From positions 12,561-76,560 of the forward strand of contig DBHK01000003.1 in NCBI GenBank assembly GCA_002295635.1: a stretch of DNA of 64,000 bases, written 5' to 3'. The translations under genes and the position numbers were made by a program. Origin of the DNA: Alphaproteobacteria bacterium UBA830. GTDB taxonomy: Bacteria; Pseudomonadota; Alphaproteobacteria; MPNO01; UBA830. Under the pieces are notes generated by a model that worked only from the letters and a program-made list of their open reading frames with translations, did no database searches and was not told where the DNA came from. Positions 51,228 through 60,128 of this stretch are shown piece after piece (position 1 is the first letter of the stretch; the number at the start of each line of letters is the position of its first letter).

Positions 51228-53189
51228 ATGCCCATAGAAGTAGATTGGTGCAAATACGACGTTGTTGTCGTAGGGTCCGGCGGCGCGGGCAGCCACGCGG
51301 CACAGGCCGCTGCGGCTAATGGTGCGCGTGTACTGGTGGTTTCTAAAGATCCTATCGGATGTTCGGATACCAAGATTTCCGAGGGTATCGCGACAGTTCG
51401 AGAATCTGGGTCAGACGATGATTCGGAGGAAACGCTGTCGGAGAATCTAAAAATAGCGGGTGGCGATCTGCCGGTTAATGCGATTACGAACGCATTCGCT
51501 GCTGATAGCAAGGGCGCATATGATACCTACAGAGTACAGGGATTGCGTCCAGACATTAATACTTCCCGCAATACGCCCAAACCCTTGCCGCTTCCAATGG
51601 GTGGCCATACTCGGCGGCGTTCCGTCGGTCACCGTAACAGCGGTATCGCATTCGGCCATGCAAACTGGAATGCCGTTGTCCAAGGGGACCGCATCGATTA
51701 CATCGAAGATAGCTGGTTTCTTGATCTTGTGACGGATGACGGAGAAGGCGGCGCACCCAGATCTGTGGTCGGTGGAATCATTTATCACGCTGCACTTGGT
51801 AAGTTGATCGCCGTTAAAACATCTTCCGTAATAATTGCCTCAGGAGGTTTATCGACCCTTTATTTTCCAAAAACCGACACAATGCGCGGTAATACGGGTG
51901 ATTCCTATGCAATAGCTGTGCGTGCTGGTGCCGATCTAGTTGATATGGAGCAGGTTCAGTTTCTACCGTTCTGCCTGGCGTCGCCTCCTTCTTTCGAGGG
52001 CCTTTTGGTCGGTGAGCCTGTGACGGCGAGTTATCTCGGAGTCCTGCGCGATAAATATGGCAAAGTCATTTTGGACAGTGTTTTTTTGCGGACTCGAGCG
52101 GAGTGCTCATCGGCGATTATGCGAGCGGTCGAAGATGGCCGCGGAAGCCCCAATGGCGGAGCTTATCTGGATATGACGGCGAATAAACGACCACCGCGAT
52201 CGGGTCCCTATTTCATGCGATTTGTCGAATCCGCATTACCGTCGGCTTACAAGGTTGCGCGGCAGGCGATGAGTAAGGCAGCCGGCAACTGTGAAGTACC
52301 CTGGGAGGTACGCCCTAGTGCCCACTATATGATGGGAGGTATTCGTGCCAACGAACACGGTGCTTCGGTTTCCGGGGCGGGTGATGGATTTGCTGATAGT
52401 GGCGTCGCTGGGTTGTTTACGGCAGGCCAGGCAATGGGCGGTGTCTTCGGCGCTAATCGTTTAGGTTCCACTTCGTTGACCGAAGGAGCGGTGTTTGGCC
52501 GGCGAGCCGGAGAAGCTGCAGCAAACCGTGCGAGAAAAACCGCCTCGCTACAAAGCCAAAACGATGCGTTTTCTTCGCTAATTGAAAGTTTTCGAAAAAG
52601 GTTTGGACAAAAGGGGGGCTGTGCAGCTGCTACCCTCAAGCTCGAACTTCAGAGAGCAGCCTGGATTAATATAGGGCCAATTCGGACCGCTGATCGGATA
52701 AATGAAATGGAACGCGTTCTTTCCGATCTTGAGGTGAAACTCGAGGATGTAGCTATTCCGGAATACACGGAGTGGAACCAAGCCTTTATCGAGTTTGAAG
52801 AATTACGCAATTTGATCTTTTGTGCGCGGGGTATTTCTCTTGCAGCCCGGGAACGGGATGGCAGCTTGGGAGGACATGTGCGGTTGGATCGTAAACAGAT
52901 TTCGTCTTTTTCTCACCCGTATTCCACAGTTGTGTCGAAAAATCCGGAGGGAAGTTGGCAGGTGCGACGCGTTGACCGGGATCGAACGCCACTGCGACAG
53001 ATTATAGCTTTCAAGTACCACGATGCGAAACGCAAGGCTGGGGTCAAGTGGCTACGTATTCTTCCTGCCGGTATGCAGGACCGGGCGTTGGAAAAGAAAT
53101 ATCTTGCCGTTATGGGCGCCGACGGGGCGACAAAAGAAGTGATGCCCGGTGGTAGAGCCGCCGCCGTCGGAGAGGGAACGGAGGCATGA
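51228..53189 (+). CDS. Fumarate reductase / succinate dehydrogenase flavoprotein-family FAD protein
   Basis: The 653-aa protein has a VVVVGSGGAGSHAA dinucleotide fold and an RLGSTSLTE active-site Arg region. Confidence 0.78.
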   Translation: MPIEVDWCKYDVVVVGSGGAGSHAAQAAAANGARVLVVSKDPIGCSDTKISEGIATVRESGSDDDSEETLSENLKIAGGDLPVNAITNAFAADSKGAYDTYRVQGLRPDINTSRNTPKPLPLPMGGHTRRRSVGHRNSGIAFGHANWNAVVQGDRIDYIEDSWFLDLVTDDGEGGAPRSVVGGIIYHAALGKLIAVKTSSVIIASGGLSTLYFPKTDTMRGNTGDSYAIAVRAGADLVDMEQVQFLPFCLASPPSFEGLLVGEPVTASYLGVLRDKYGKVILDSVFLRTRAECSSAIMRAVEDGRGSPNGGAYLDMTANKRPPRSGPYFMRFVESALPSAYKVARQAMSKAAGNCEVPWEVRPSAHYMMGGIRANEHGASVSGAGDGFADSGVAGLFTAGQAMGGVFGANRLGSTSLTEGAVFGRRAGEAAANRARKTASLQSQNDAFSSLIESFRKRFGQKGGCAAATLKLELQRAAWINIGPIRTADRINEMERVLSDLEVKLEDVAIPEYTEWNQAFIEFEELRNLIFCARGISLAARERDGSLGGHVRLDRKQISSFSHPYSTVVSKNPEGSWQVRRVDRDRTPLRQIIAFKYHDAKRKAGVKWLRILPAGMQDRALEKKYLAVMGADGATKEVMPGGRAAAVGEGTEA

Positions 53190-53917
53190 GGGTCGATATT
53201 GTAACCCGTCGCGATGGAGAGGAGGTCGTTGTCGAGTACGATTACGCTCCGCGCGAGGAAGACGAAAGACCCATGGTTCTGGATGTTCTGCTACAGGCGC
53301 AGGCTACAGAAATGCCTGACCTTGCCTTCAGGTACGGGTGCCGCGCCCGGAATTGCGGTGTCTGTACAGTCGATATCAATGATCGTCCGCGGATCGCCTG
53401 TCGCGCTCGTATCAAGGAAGGTGATCGGGTAAGCCCAATGGCGTCCCTTCCCGCATTGAGCGATCTAGTGGTACGCCGCGACGGGGTCGCGAGACAAATG
53501 CGCGGCCGCTTAGCGACGGTAAGGCAGGGTAACGATCTCAACGTTAATGCACCCACAGATTATCACGCCCTGACGGGTTGTATCGAATGTTATGCTTGCT
53601 TGCATGAATGCCCGATGCACGCGCGCAATTTTGGCGGCGGGCTACCTGCTAATCAATCTGTCGAGGAGCAGCCTGACCCAGGGGCGGGATATCCTTTCGG
53701 AAATCCCTTCACTTTGCTAAAGCTTCAGCGTATTCGTCTCGACCCCCTTACGTCGGAAGCTGGAAAAACTCGAGCCCTAGAAAACGCCATTGATCTGGGG
53801 CTTGACGCCTGCGTCGGCTGCAAGGGTTGCAAATGCGGCGTAGGTATCGACCTAATGGGTATAGTCGTAAGGCCGTTGCTGGAGACAGGCCGGGACCAAA
53901 TATGTCGAAAAGACTAG
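53186..53917 (+). CDS. SdhB-like iron-sulfur subunit (2Fe-2S plus two Cys-cluster ferredoxin motifs)
   Basis: Its start overlaps the flavoprotein stop by 4 bp. It has the motifs CRARNCGVC...C, CIECYACLHECP and CVGCKGCKC. No membrane anchor gene is nearby. Confidence 0.78.
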   Translation: MRVDIVTRRDGEEVVVEYDYAPREEDERPMVLDVLLQAQATEMPDLAFRYGCRARNCGVCTVDINDRPRIACRARIKEGDRVSPMASLPALSDLVVRRDGVARQMRGRLATVRQGNDLNVNAPTDYHALTGCIECYACLHECPMHARNFGGGLPANQSVEEQPDPGAGYPFGNPFTLLKLQRIRLDPLTSEAGKTRALENAIDLGLDACVGCKGCKCGVGIDLMGIVVRPLLETGRDQICRKD

Positions 53918-54138
53918 GTCAGTAGTCTAATCACCATCGCCAGCGATTGCCCGACGATCTGTTATTTCATCAAAAATGATCGGCCTCCTAAGGCTATGAC
54001 TATGAGTAATTAGGGCGTTCAGGTGATTTTAATTTTGAAATTCCACGATCGACCAGACTCGAAGTTGCGTCGGGAGGCGGTTGGCAGCGTTCGAGGGCTC
54101 TATTACTTAATTATCACTGGATTTCACGTTTTTTACTG

Positions 54139-55230
54139 CTATTGACCGATCGCGGCGTTTACAGCGGGCATAACCTTTTCAGCCATTAGTTCCATTGATC
54201 TTTTCCCTAACTTTTTGTCTTCCCAGTCCTTGCCCGCGTATAGAAGTGTACCGAAATCACCTGTTACTTCCCGAAAAGCGAGAATCTGGTCAACGACGCT
54301 ATTCACATCGCCGGCTATGACTATATTGTCCAAAATGTAATCAAGACTTAGGTCCTTATCAGGGAAATTTCGTTTTGGCTTAAAAACGGCGTGTCGATTC
54401 CCCTTTTTGAGTTTGGTGTATAGTTGCTTGTAATAGAAGCGATAGGGGCTTCGCAGGTTGTTTCTGCCATAATCAAGCGCTGTATTATGGTCATCGTGTA
54501 CGAAAATTGATCGTGCAACTCGCCAGTCTTGGGAATCGGCTTCGCGGCCCACGTCTTTGCAACCCTGCTGGTAGTTATTCCAATGGGTTTTTACCCATTT
54601 TTCGAGAAGGAAATTTGCAGAAATAGGCAGAAAACCTTTCTTACCCATTTTAATCACTCCTTTTGAAAAGGGTGCCACCACAGTACAGACGATCGGGGGA
54701 TGCGGTTTTTGGTAGGGTTTGGCGATGGGACCTAACCCAATTTCCGGCATTATTGTATTCTGTGTCGAAATCGTCCAATGCTTGCCCCTGAGGTTGTAGG
54801 GTGGGTCGCCTTTCCAAATATTAAGAATGTGGGTGATCGACTCGGCAAACATCTCGTTACGGTCCATGCCCCGAATATCAAGCGCCTCCGCATCCGACTC
54901 TAGGGCACCCGGACTTATCCCGAAGATGAACCGGCCTTTGAGCATGTGATCCATCATGGCTGCCTGCGCCGCAACTAGCACGGGATGAGTATGCGAGAGA
55001 TTCGTCGTACCTGTACCCAGCTTGATCTGTTTTGTGTCGGTGATCAGGCTAGCTAAGAATAGCATTGAATTAGTTATGCTTTCTGAAGCGTCGGTCAGGT
55101 GCTCGCCCACGTAAGCCTCGGAGTAGCCCATCCTATCTGCTAGAATGATGGCTTCTCGGTCTTCTTGTAGACATTCCGTATAATTTCGGTCCAGTCGATG
55201 TACCGGCATGGTAAAGAACCCGATTTTCAC
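54139..55230 (-). CDS. LLM-class (luciferase-like) flavin-dependent oxidoreductase
   Basis: The 363-aa protein has a TIM-barrel LLM pattern, and its N-terminus is MKIGFFTMPVH. Confidence 0.85.
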   Translation of the reverse strand: MKIGFFTMPVHRLDRNYTECLQEDREAIILADRMGYSEAYVGEHLTDASESITNSMLFLASLITDTKQIKLGTGTTNLSHTHPVLVAAQAAMMDHMLKGRFIFGISPGALESDAEALDIRGMDRNEMFAESITHILNIWKGDPPYNLRGKHWTISTQNTIMPEIGLGPIAKPYQKPHPPIVCTVVAPFSKGVIKMGKKGFLPISANFLLEKWVKTHWNNYQQGCKDVGREADSQDWRVARSIFVHDDHNTALDYGRNNLRSPYRFYYKQLYTKLKKGNRHAVFKPKRNFPDKDLSLDYILDNIVIAGDVNSVVDQILAFREVTGDFGTLLYAGKDWEDKKLGKRSMELMAEKVMPAVNAAIGQ

Positions 55231-55280
55231 GATGCTACTCCTGGATGCGCGCGAGGTTTTCTATCCAACAGAATTTATAA

Positions 55281-56720
55281 TTAATCACGCTGAACATAGT
55301 TCTTTTCTGAGGCCACCAGGCGGTCAACAAAACTAGTGTACGCAGCCATATCAAATTTTCGATTCAGACCTCTAGCATTCATGTAGCGAATCTTTCCGAA
55401 CACTGGTCGTTCTGTCCAGGCACGGTCATGCAGGCCATAGCACCATGCAACGTTGGCATATGAATTGGGGTCGCGCCCGTCTAAAAAATATTTGTTATTC
55501 AAATTAAGAGTTGTTTCAAAAGCTTGTTGCGGCGTCGGTGACCATTCAAGGATTTTCTTGGCCCAATACATGCGCATGTAATTTTGCATGAAACCTGTAT
55601 GAATCATCTCGCGCATAGCATCATTCCAGTGCGGATCATGCGTTTCGCAGGCTTCGAGTTCGACAATGGAATATAAATATTCCCGTTTGTCGCCAGCGTG
55701 TTCCTCTAACGTTTTTCTCGCCCAGACCGGCAGGGAACCATATATTCCGAAATTTGGTTGGAACGTGACGTAATTAATGGCGAGTTCGCGTCGTATGATG
55801 AGTTCCTCTATGAACGAATCTCGGTCGCCGGGTGTCCCTATTTCAGTGCCGCGTACCGCAAGCCCAAGTTGCACCGGCGAGATGTGCCCGAAATGTAGGT
55901 ACGGGCTAAGAAACGAAGTCTGCGCTGCCGAGGGCTCATTGCGCCCTTCAGCATAGTCTTCGAGAATATTATTCAAAAAATGATTAAGTCTTTTATGAGC
56001 TTCGTTCTCCCCCCCTTTAAACCGCTTCACGGGGGCGACTGACCAATCTATATCAAGAGCTGATAGCGTAGCATCAGGATTGAAAATATCGAAATCACTT
56101 CCCAAAGATATATTATCTGCCGAAATTTTCGGTTGAGTTTCCTCCAGCGGCAAAAGATATTGGTCTAAAACACGGTGGATTTTCGGCCGAATAGTTCTCG
56201 CGGCGTATTCCGATTTGTCTGAAGTTACGTCGACAGGCACGACGACTTCCGTTTCAACCTGAATTACAGAGCAGCCGGCTTCCTGCGCAAGTCTATTCCG
56301 CCAACCTATCTGCAGTGGTAAATAGCTACGATCACAGAAAACGACGGTAGCATCTTGGGAAATATCCAATGCGACATCAACCGGCTGTCCGTGCCGGACA
56401 ATGAAAACAACGCCGCGAGCGGCGAGGTTTTTTGCCACATCCGCGAGGCCGTCCAGCATGAAGGCATAATGTCGAGCGTTAGATTCCGGATAACAATCTG
56501 TAAGGGCGAAACAAACAAGTATAGGCAACCCATTTTCGTTAGCAGTCTGAATTGCTAACTCTAACGCGGGGTTTCCCCTACTCCGTTGTGCCTCCTGCAT
56601 CCAGTACAAAACAAATGACCCAGCAGCACGGGATCGAAGGGTGTTCAACTTTTTTATTCGAGTACTTTGAACCACCACCCACCTCGTAAAGATTATGTAT
56701 GTGTCTGAGCATCGGATCAC
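55281..56720 (-). CDS. Deoxyribodipyrimidine photolyase, class II CPD type
   Basis: The N-terminus has YWMQEAQRSRGNPAL. The C-terminus has MRMYWAKKILEW and FLDGRDPNSYANVAWCYGLHDRAWTERPVFGKIRYMN, which are the class II hallmark blocks. Confidence 0.82.
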   Translation of the reverse strand: MIRCSDTYIIFTRWVVVQSTRIKKLNTLRSRAAGSFVLYWMQEAQRSRGNPALELAIQTANENGLPILVCFALTDCYPESNARHYAFMLDGLADVAKNLAARGVVFIVRHGQPVDVALDISQDATVVFCDRSYLPLQIGWRNRLAQEAGCSVIQVETEVVVPVDVTSDKSEYAARTIRPKIHRVLDQYLLPLEETQPKISADNISLGSDFDIFNPDATLSALDIDWSVAPVKRFKGGENEAHKRLNHFLNNILEDYAEGRNEPSAAQTSFLSPYLHFGHISPVQLGLAVRGTEIGTPGDRDSFIEELIIRRELAINYVTFQPNFGIYGSLPVWARKTLEEHAGDKREYLYSIVELEACETHDPHWNDAMREMIHTGFMQNYMRMYWAKKILEWSPTPQQAFETTLNLNNKYFLDGRDPNSYANVAWCYGLHDRAWTERPVFGKIRYMNARGLNRKFDMAAYTSFVDRLVASEKNYVQRD

Positions 56721-56726
56721 AGATTT

Positions 56727-58082
56727 CTATTGAAGGCAAAATATCACTCTGAGGCCCGGGTGATTATCTTCGAGATATACAGATCCTTCGTGCAAATGTG
56801 CGACCGCTTCGACCAAGCTGAGACCGAGACCAGTGCCTGGCGTCGATCTTGCCGTTTCCAATCGATAGAATCGGTTAAAAACATCTTTGTGCGCGTTATA
56901 TGGGATCCCGGGCCCGGTATCCGATACCGATATTGTTCTGTCCGCTGCATGGACCGTAATCGCGCTCTCTGGTGATGAGTACTTAATCGCGTTATCGGCG
57001 AGATTCGCGATAGCTTGGAACAGTAGATCGCGATCCCCAAACACCTCAGCGGCGGCATCGCAACGCATGTTAAATATTTGGCTTTTTTCTGCCGCAACTG
57101 GTTCGTAGAGGTCGGCGACATCGGTTACCAGTTCCTTCAGATCGACCTTCGCGAAGTTTTCGCGCCGGCCCCCGGCTTCAATTTGGGATATACGTAAAAG
57201 CGCGTTAAAAATGGACAGGAGGCTATCAGCCTCCTCAATAGCTTTCTCTATGCGGGCTGTCTGACTCGTATCATTCAAACCTGAATCTTTTATTCCTTCG
57301 AGGGTCTGGCGCAAGCGCGTTAGCGGGGTGCGAAGATCATGTGCGATGTTGTCTGAAACGTGCCGAAGACCTTCCATTAAAGACTGATTGCGATCAAGCA
57401 TTTCGTTAAGCTGGGCTGAAAGGCGGTCAAACTCATCGTCAGTGCCACGTGTCGGTATGCGGCGATCCAGTGCGCCTTGAGAAATTTCCCGACTAGTCTG
57501 GTTTATGGACTCTATCCTGCGGGCAGTAGTGCGGCTCATCGCGATACCTCCGGCCAGTGCCAGTGCGATTGTGATAGCTATACCCCAAATGATGGTATTG
57601 ATTACCAGATCACGGGTACGTACCAGCACGTGGACTTCGCGTCCGACCAGAAGGTTGAGGCCACCCTGTAAAACGAAAGAGCGTGCACGGGCGAGAGACA
57701 ACTCCCCGTGCGAAGAATCTCTATCTTGGAGTTCGAATTCAATCCAGCCGCGGGAATCGGGAGTAGCTGTTGGCCAATTGCTGAGATTTCCGACCATCCT
57801 TCGTCTTAGCCGATCGGTCAGCAGGTATACCGTTCTTCCGCCTTGGTCTTTTCGGACACGTTCGGAAATAATTGCCGCGACGCCCGGAGTACCAAGTCGT
57901 TCATATTGTTCTGCTAGGCCCTTGATATCGGCGTTTATCGTTTCGTCAACCTGCTCCGAGAGCGTGCCAGCGATCGCCCAGTAAAGAAAACCCAGTAAAA
58001 TTGCCGCCGAACCACCAAACAGTATTATATAGATCAGCATTAAGCGAAACGATGCACTTCGGAGAAGCAGTGGCAGGTTCAT
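56727..58082 (-). CDS. Sensor histidine kinase with periplasmic sensing loop
   Basis: The 451-aa protein has 2 TM helices flanking a roughly 130-aa loop. It has a HAMP domain, the H-box HDLRTPL, and an HATPase domain with G-boxes. Confidence 0.85.
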   Translation of the reverse strand: MNLPLLLRSASFRLMLIYIILFGGSAAILLGFLYWAIAGTLSEQVDETINADIKGLAEQYERLGTPGVAAIISERVRKDQGGRTVYLLTDRLRRRMVGNLSNWPTATPDSRGWIEFELQDRDSSHGELSLARARSFVLQGGLNLLVGREVHVLVRTRDLVINTIIWGIAITIALALAGGIAMSRTTARRIESINQTSREISQGALDRRIPTRGTDDEFDRLSAQLNEMLDRNQSLMEGLRHVSDNIAHDLRTPLTRLRQTLEGIKDSGLNDTSQTARIEKAIEEADSLLSIFNALLRISQIEAGGRRENFAKVDLKELVTDVADLYEPVAAEKSQIFNMRCDAAAEVFGDRDLLFQAIANLADNAIKYSSPESAITVHAADRTISVSDTGPGIPYNAHKDVFNRFYRLETARSTPGTGLGLSLVEAVAHLHEGSVYLEDNHPGLRVIFCLQ

Positions 58083-58765
58083 GGTTGTGAAGTACGGAGA
58101 GTATAGCCGGCGCCGCGGACAGTATGAATTAATTGCGTTTCAAATTCTTTATCGATCTTCTGTCGTAATCGGCTGATATGTACATCGATTACATTAGTCT
58201 GTGGATCAAAGTAATAATCCCAGACATGTTCGAGTAGCATGGTTCTCGTGACTACATTTCCGGAATTACGCATCAAGTATTCCAGTAGCCGGAATTCTCG
58301 GGGTTGCAAGGTAATTTCCTTGCCATCTCGTTTGACGGAGCGGGCCAAAAGATCCATTTCTAAGTCGCCTAACGCTAGCCGGGGATCTGTTCCGTGACTG
58401 GTATTCGCCACACGGCGGGTCAGTGCTTCTAAACGAGCAATCAATTCTGATGCCGCGAACGGCTTTGTTAAGTAATCGTCGCCACCTGCTTTTAGGCCCT
58501 TTACTCGGTCGCTAACCTCACCCAAAGCGCTGAGCAAAAGTGCGGGTGTAAAGTCGTCAGACGCGCGCAGGGTGCGGATAATAGATAATCCGTCAGGTGC
58601 TGGTAACATTCGGTCAACGACCAAAACATCGAAATCCTCGGTCGTAGCAAGGAAGAGGCCCTGCTTTCCCGTAACAGCAAGGGTCGCATTATGGCCGGCT
58701 TCCTCCAGTGCTTTGATGATGTATGACGCTACGTCCTCATCATCCTCTATTACGAGTATACGCAT
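58079..58765 (-). CDS. OmpR-family response regulator
   Basis: The 228-aa protein has a receiver Asp (VLVVDRMLP) and a winged-helix C-terminus. Its stop overlaps the kinase start by 4 bp. Confidence 0.9.
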   Translation of the reverse strand: MRILVIEDDEDVASYIIKALEEAGHNATLAVTGKQGLFLATTEDFDVLVVDRMLPAPDGLSIIRTLRASDDFTPALLLSALGEVSDRVKGLKAGGDDYLTKPFAASELIARLEALTRRVANTSHGTDPRLALGDLEMDLLARSVKRDGKEITLQPREFRLLEYLMRNSGNVVTRTMLLEHVWDYYFDPQTNVIDVHISRLRQKIDKEFETQLIHTVRGAGYTLRTSQP

Positions 58766-58910
58766 TTTGGGAACCTCTATTTTTCTATCAAATATGTATG
58801 GGTGCCTGCCGGTTCAGCGCAAATTAATCTTTCGTAATATTGAAGGACGGGGTCTGTGATAAGTGCAGACCCTTCCTTACTCAAAACAGAATGTCTAATA
58901 TGAAATAGGA

Positions 58911-59744
58911 TTGTCAGAAGCGCAGTATAGTCCGGTCTGCCAACATTTGCGCACTCCAGTTTGCGCTGGATCAATTAGATTGATATTTGCCTCTAATCTA
59001 TTCTACTTCAAGAAATCGGTTTCTGGACAGGTTTTGCAGCTTACATATTTCGATCCTGAAGTTCTTCCGACTGCTCTTGCCAGTTTCGCAGCGCGTCTCA
59101 AGCCGGTTTCAACTCCCGCTGCAGCTTTCAAGAGAATAGCGGAGACCACTGTAGATCGGGTGTTATTCTCAAGCCTAGAGACTCATCGTCGGGATGCGTT
59201 GGCACTGGTACGATATGTCGGTATGCCCGAAATAGACGAGCCGCCCCTTAAAGCGTTTAGCTGGGACGGAACGGCCGTTCGTACCGGTAGCGCGGCAAGC
59301 GTGCTTATTCACGAGGTAGCTCACTGGCTAGTCGCATCGCCCGAGCGGCGAGCTCTACCGGATTTCGGTCTTGGACCGGGGCCTGAAACTGGTAGAACTG
59401 AACTAGCGGAAGCCGCACGTTGCGTTGGAGATGATAAAAGAGAGGAAGAGGAATTACTAGCGTCTCTTCTGGGTATTTTACTCGAGGCTTCCCTCGGCCA
59501 ACCGGCAATTAGCGCGTTCATTGAACAGAACTGGCTGGAGGCCTGGGACCGTCCCGCTGCTGCTAATCAGTTCCTGATAACAGTTGAGAAACTCTTGACC
59601 CGCGGATTAATTGACGCCTCTGGGTTACCCGTTTTACTTCAGGACGGTAGTGTCGCGACTGCCGCGATTTCGATAAGGAATTCCGGCCACGCAAGTGCAC
59701 TGACTTCGACAATTGCAGATGCTGGGCCTTCGCTGGGGAAGTAG
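58911..59744 (+). CDS. EpmC (elongation factor P hydroxylase)-like domain protein, extended N-terminus
   Basis: The blocks SVLIHEVAHW...RRALPDFG...PETGR match the E. coli YfcM/EpmC blocks SAIHEISHW...RRELVDFG...PDGR as I remember them. The start is uncertain. Confidence 0.45.
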   Translation: MSEAQYSPVCQHLRTPVCAGSIRLIFASNLFYFKKSVSGQVLQLTYFDPEVLPTALASFAARLKPVSTPAAAFKRIAETTVDRVLFSSLETHRRDALALVRYVGMPEIDEPPLKAFSWDGTAVRTGSAASVLIHEVAHWLVASPERRALPDFGLGPGPETGRTELAEAARCVGDDKREEEELLASLLGILLEASLGQPAISAFIEQNWLEAWDRPAAANQFLITVEKLLTRGLIDASGLPVLLQDGSVATAAISIRNSGHASALTSTIADAGPSLGK

Positions 59745-60043
59745 CTTTCTCGGATATCCGAGACTGAATCGAAGGCGTCTATATCGCAGACGTATACCGT
59801 CACCTGTACGATATCCGACATGGTGCCTCCATTGGCGTCGAGGATGGCACTTATGTTTTCTAAAACCTGAGTGGTTTGAGTTCGGATATTACCTTCACCG
59901 ACTAGCTTACCTCCGGCGTCAAGTGACACTTGCCCGGCGATAAACAACATTGGTCCGGCCTCTACCCGAACGCTATTAGAATAATGGGGTTTTAGGGCTG
60001 GAGAGACAGACGTTGGGGTGTTGCCCACAGATTTATTATTCAT
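59639..60043 (-). CDS. RidA/YjgF family protein
   Basis: It has the RidA fold sequence ...FIAGQVSLDAGGKLVGEGNIRTQTTQVLENI.... The ORF runs to 60079, but the start at MNNKS is more likely. Confidence 0.75.
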   Translation of the reverse strand: MNNKSVGNTPTSVSPALKPHYSNSVRVEAGPMLFIAGQVSLDAGGKLVGEGNIRTQTTQVLENISAILDANGGTMSDIVQVTVYVCDIDAFDSVSDIRESYFPSEGPASAIVEVSALAWPEFLIEIAAVATLPS

Positions 60044-60128
60044 ATAATTCAACCTTATTGTTGAATGAAACTTTATCATTCGAGGAAACGGAGTATACTA
60101 CTTAAAAAAAAGTTTCGGGATAAAATGG

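Noticed and set aside
51228-53917. Flavoprotein/Fe-S pair as L-aspartate oxidase or adenylylsulfate reductase
   Set aside because: The partner Fe-S protein has the three-cluster SdhB cysteine pattern and not the AprB 2x[4Fe-4S] pattern, and NadB has no Fe-S partner. The pair is an Sdh/Frd-family enzyme of unknown substrate.
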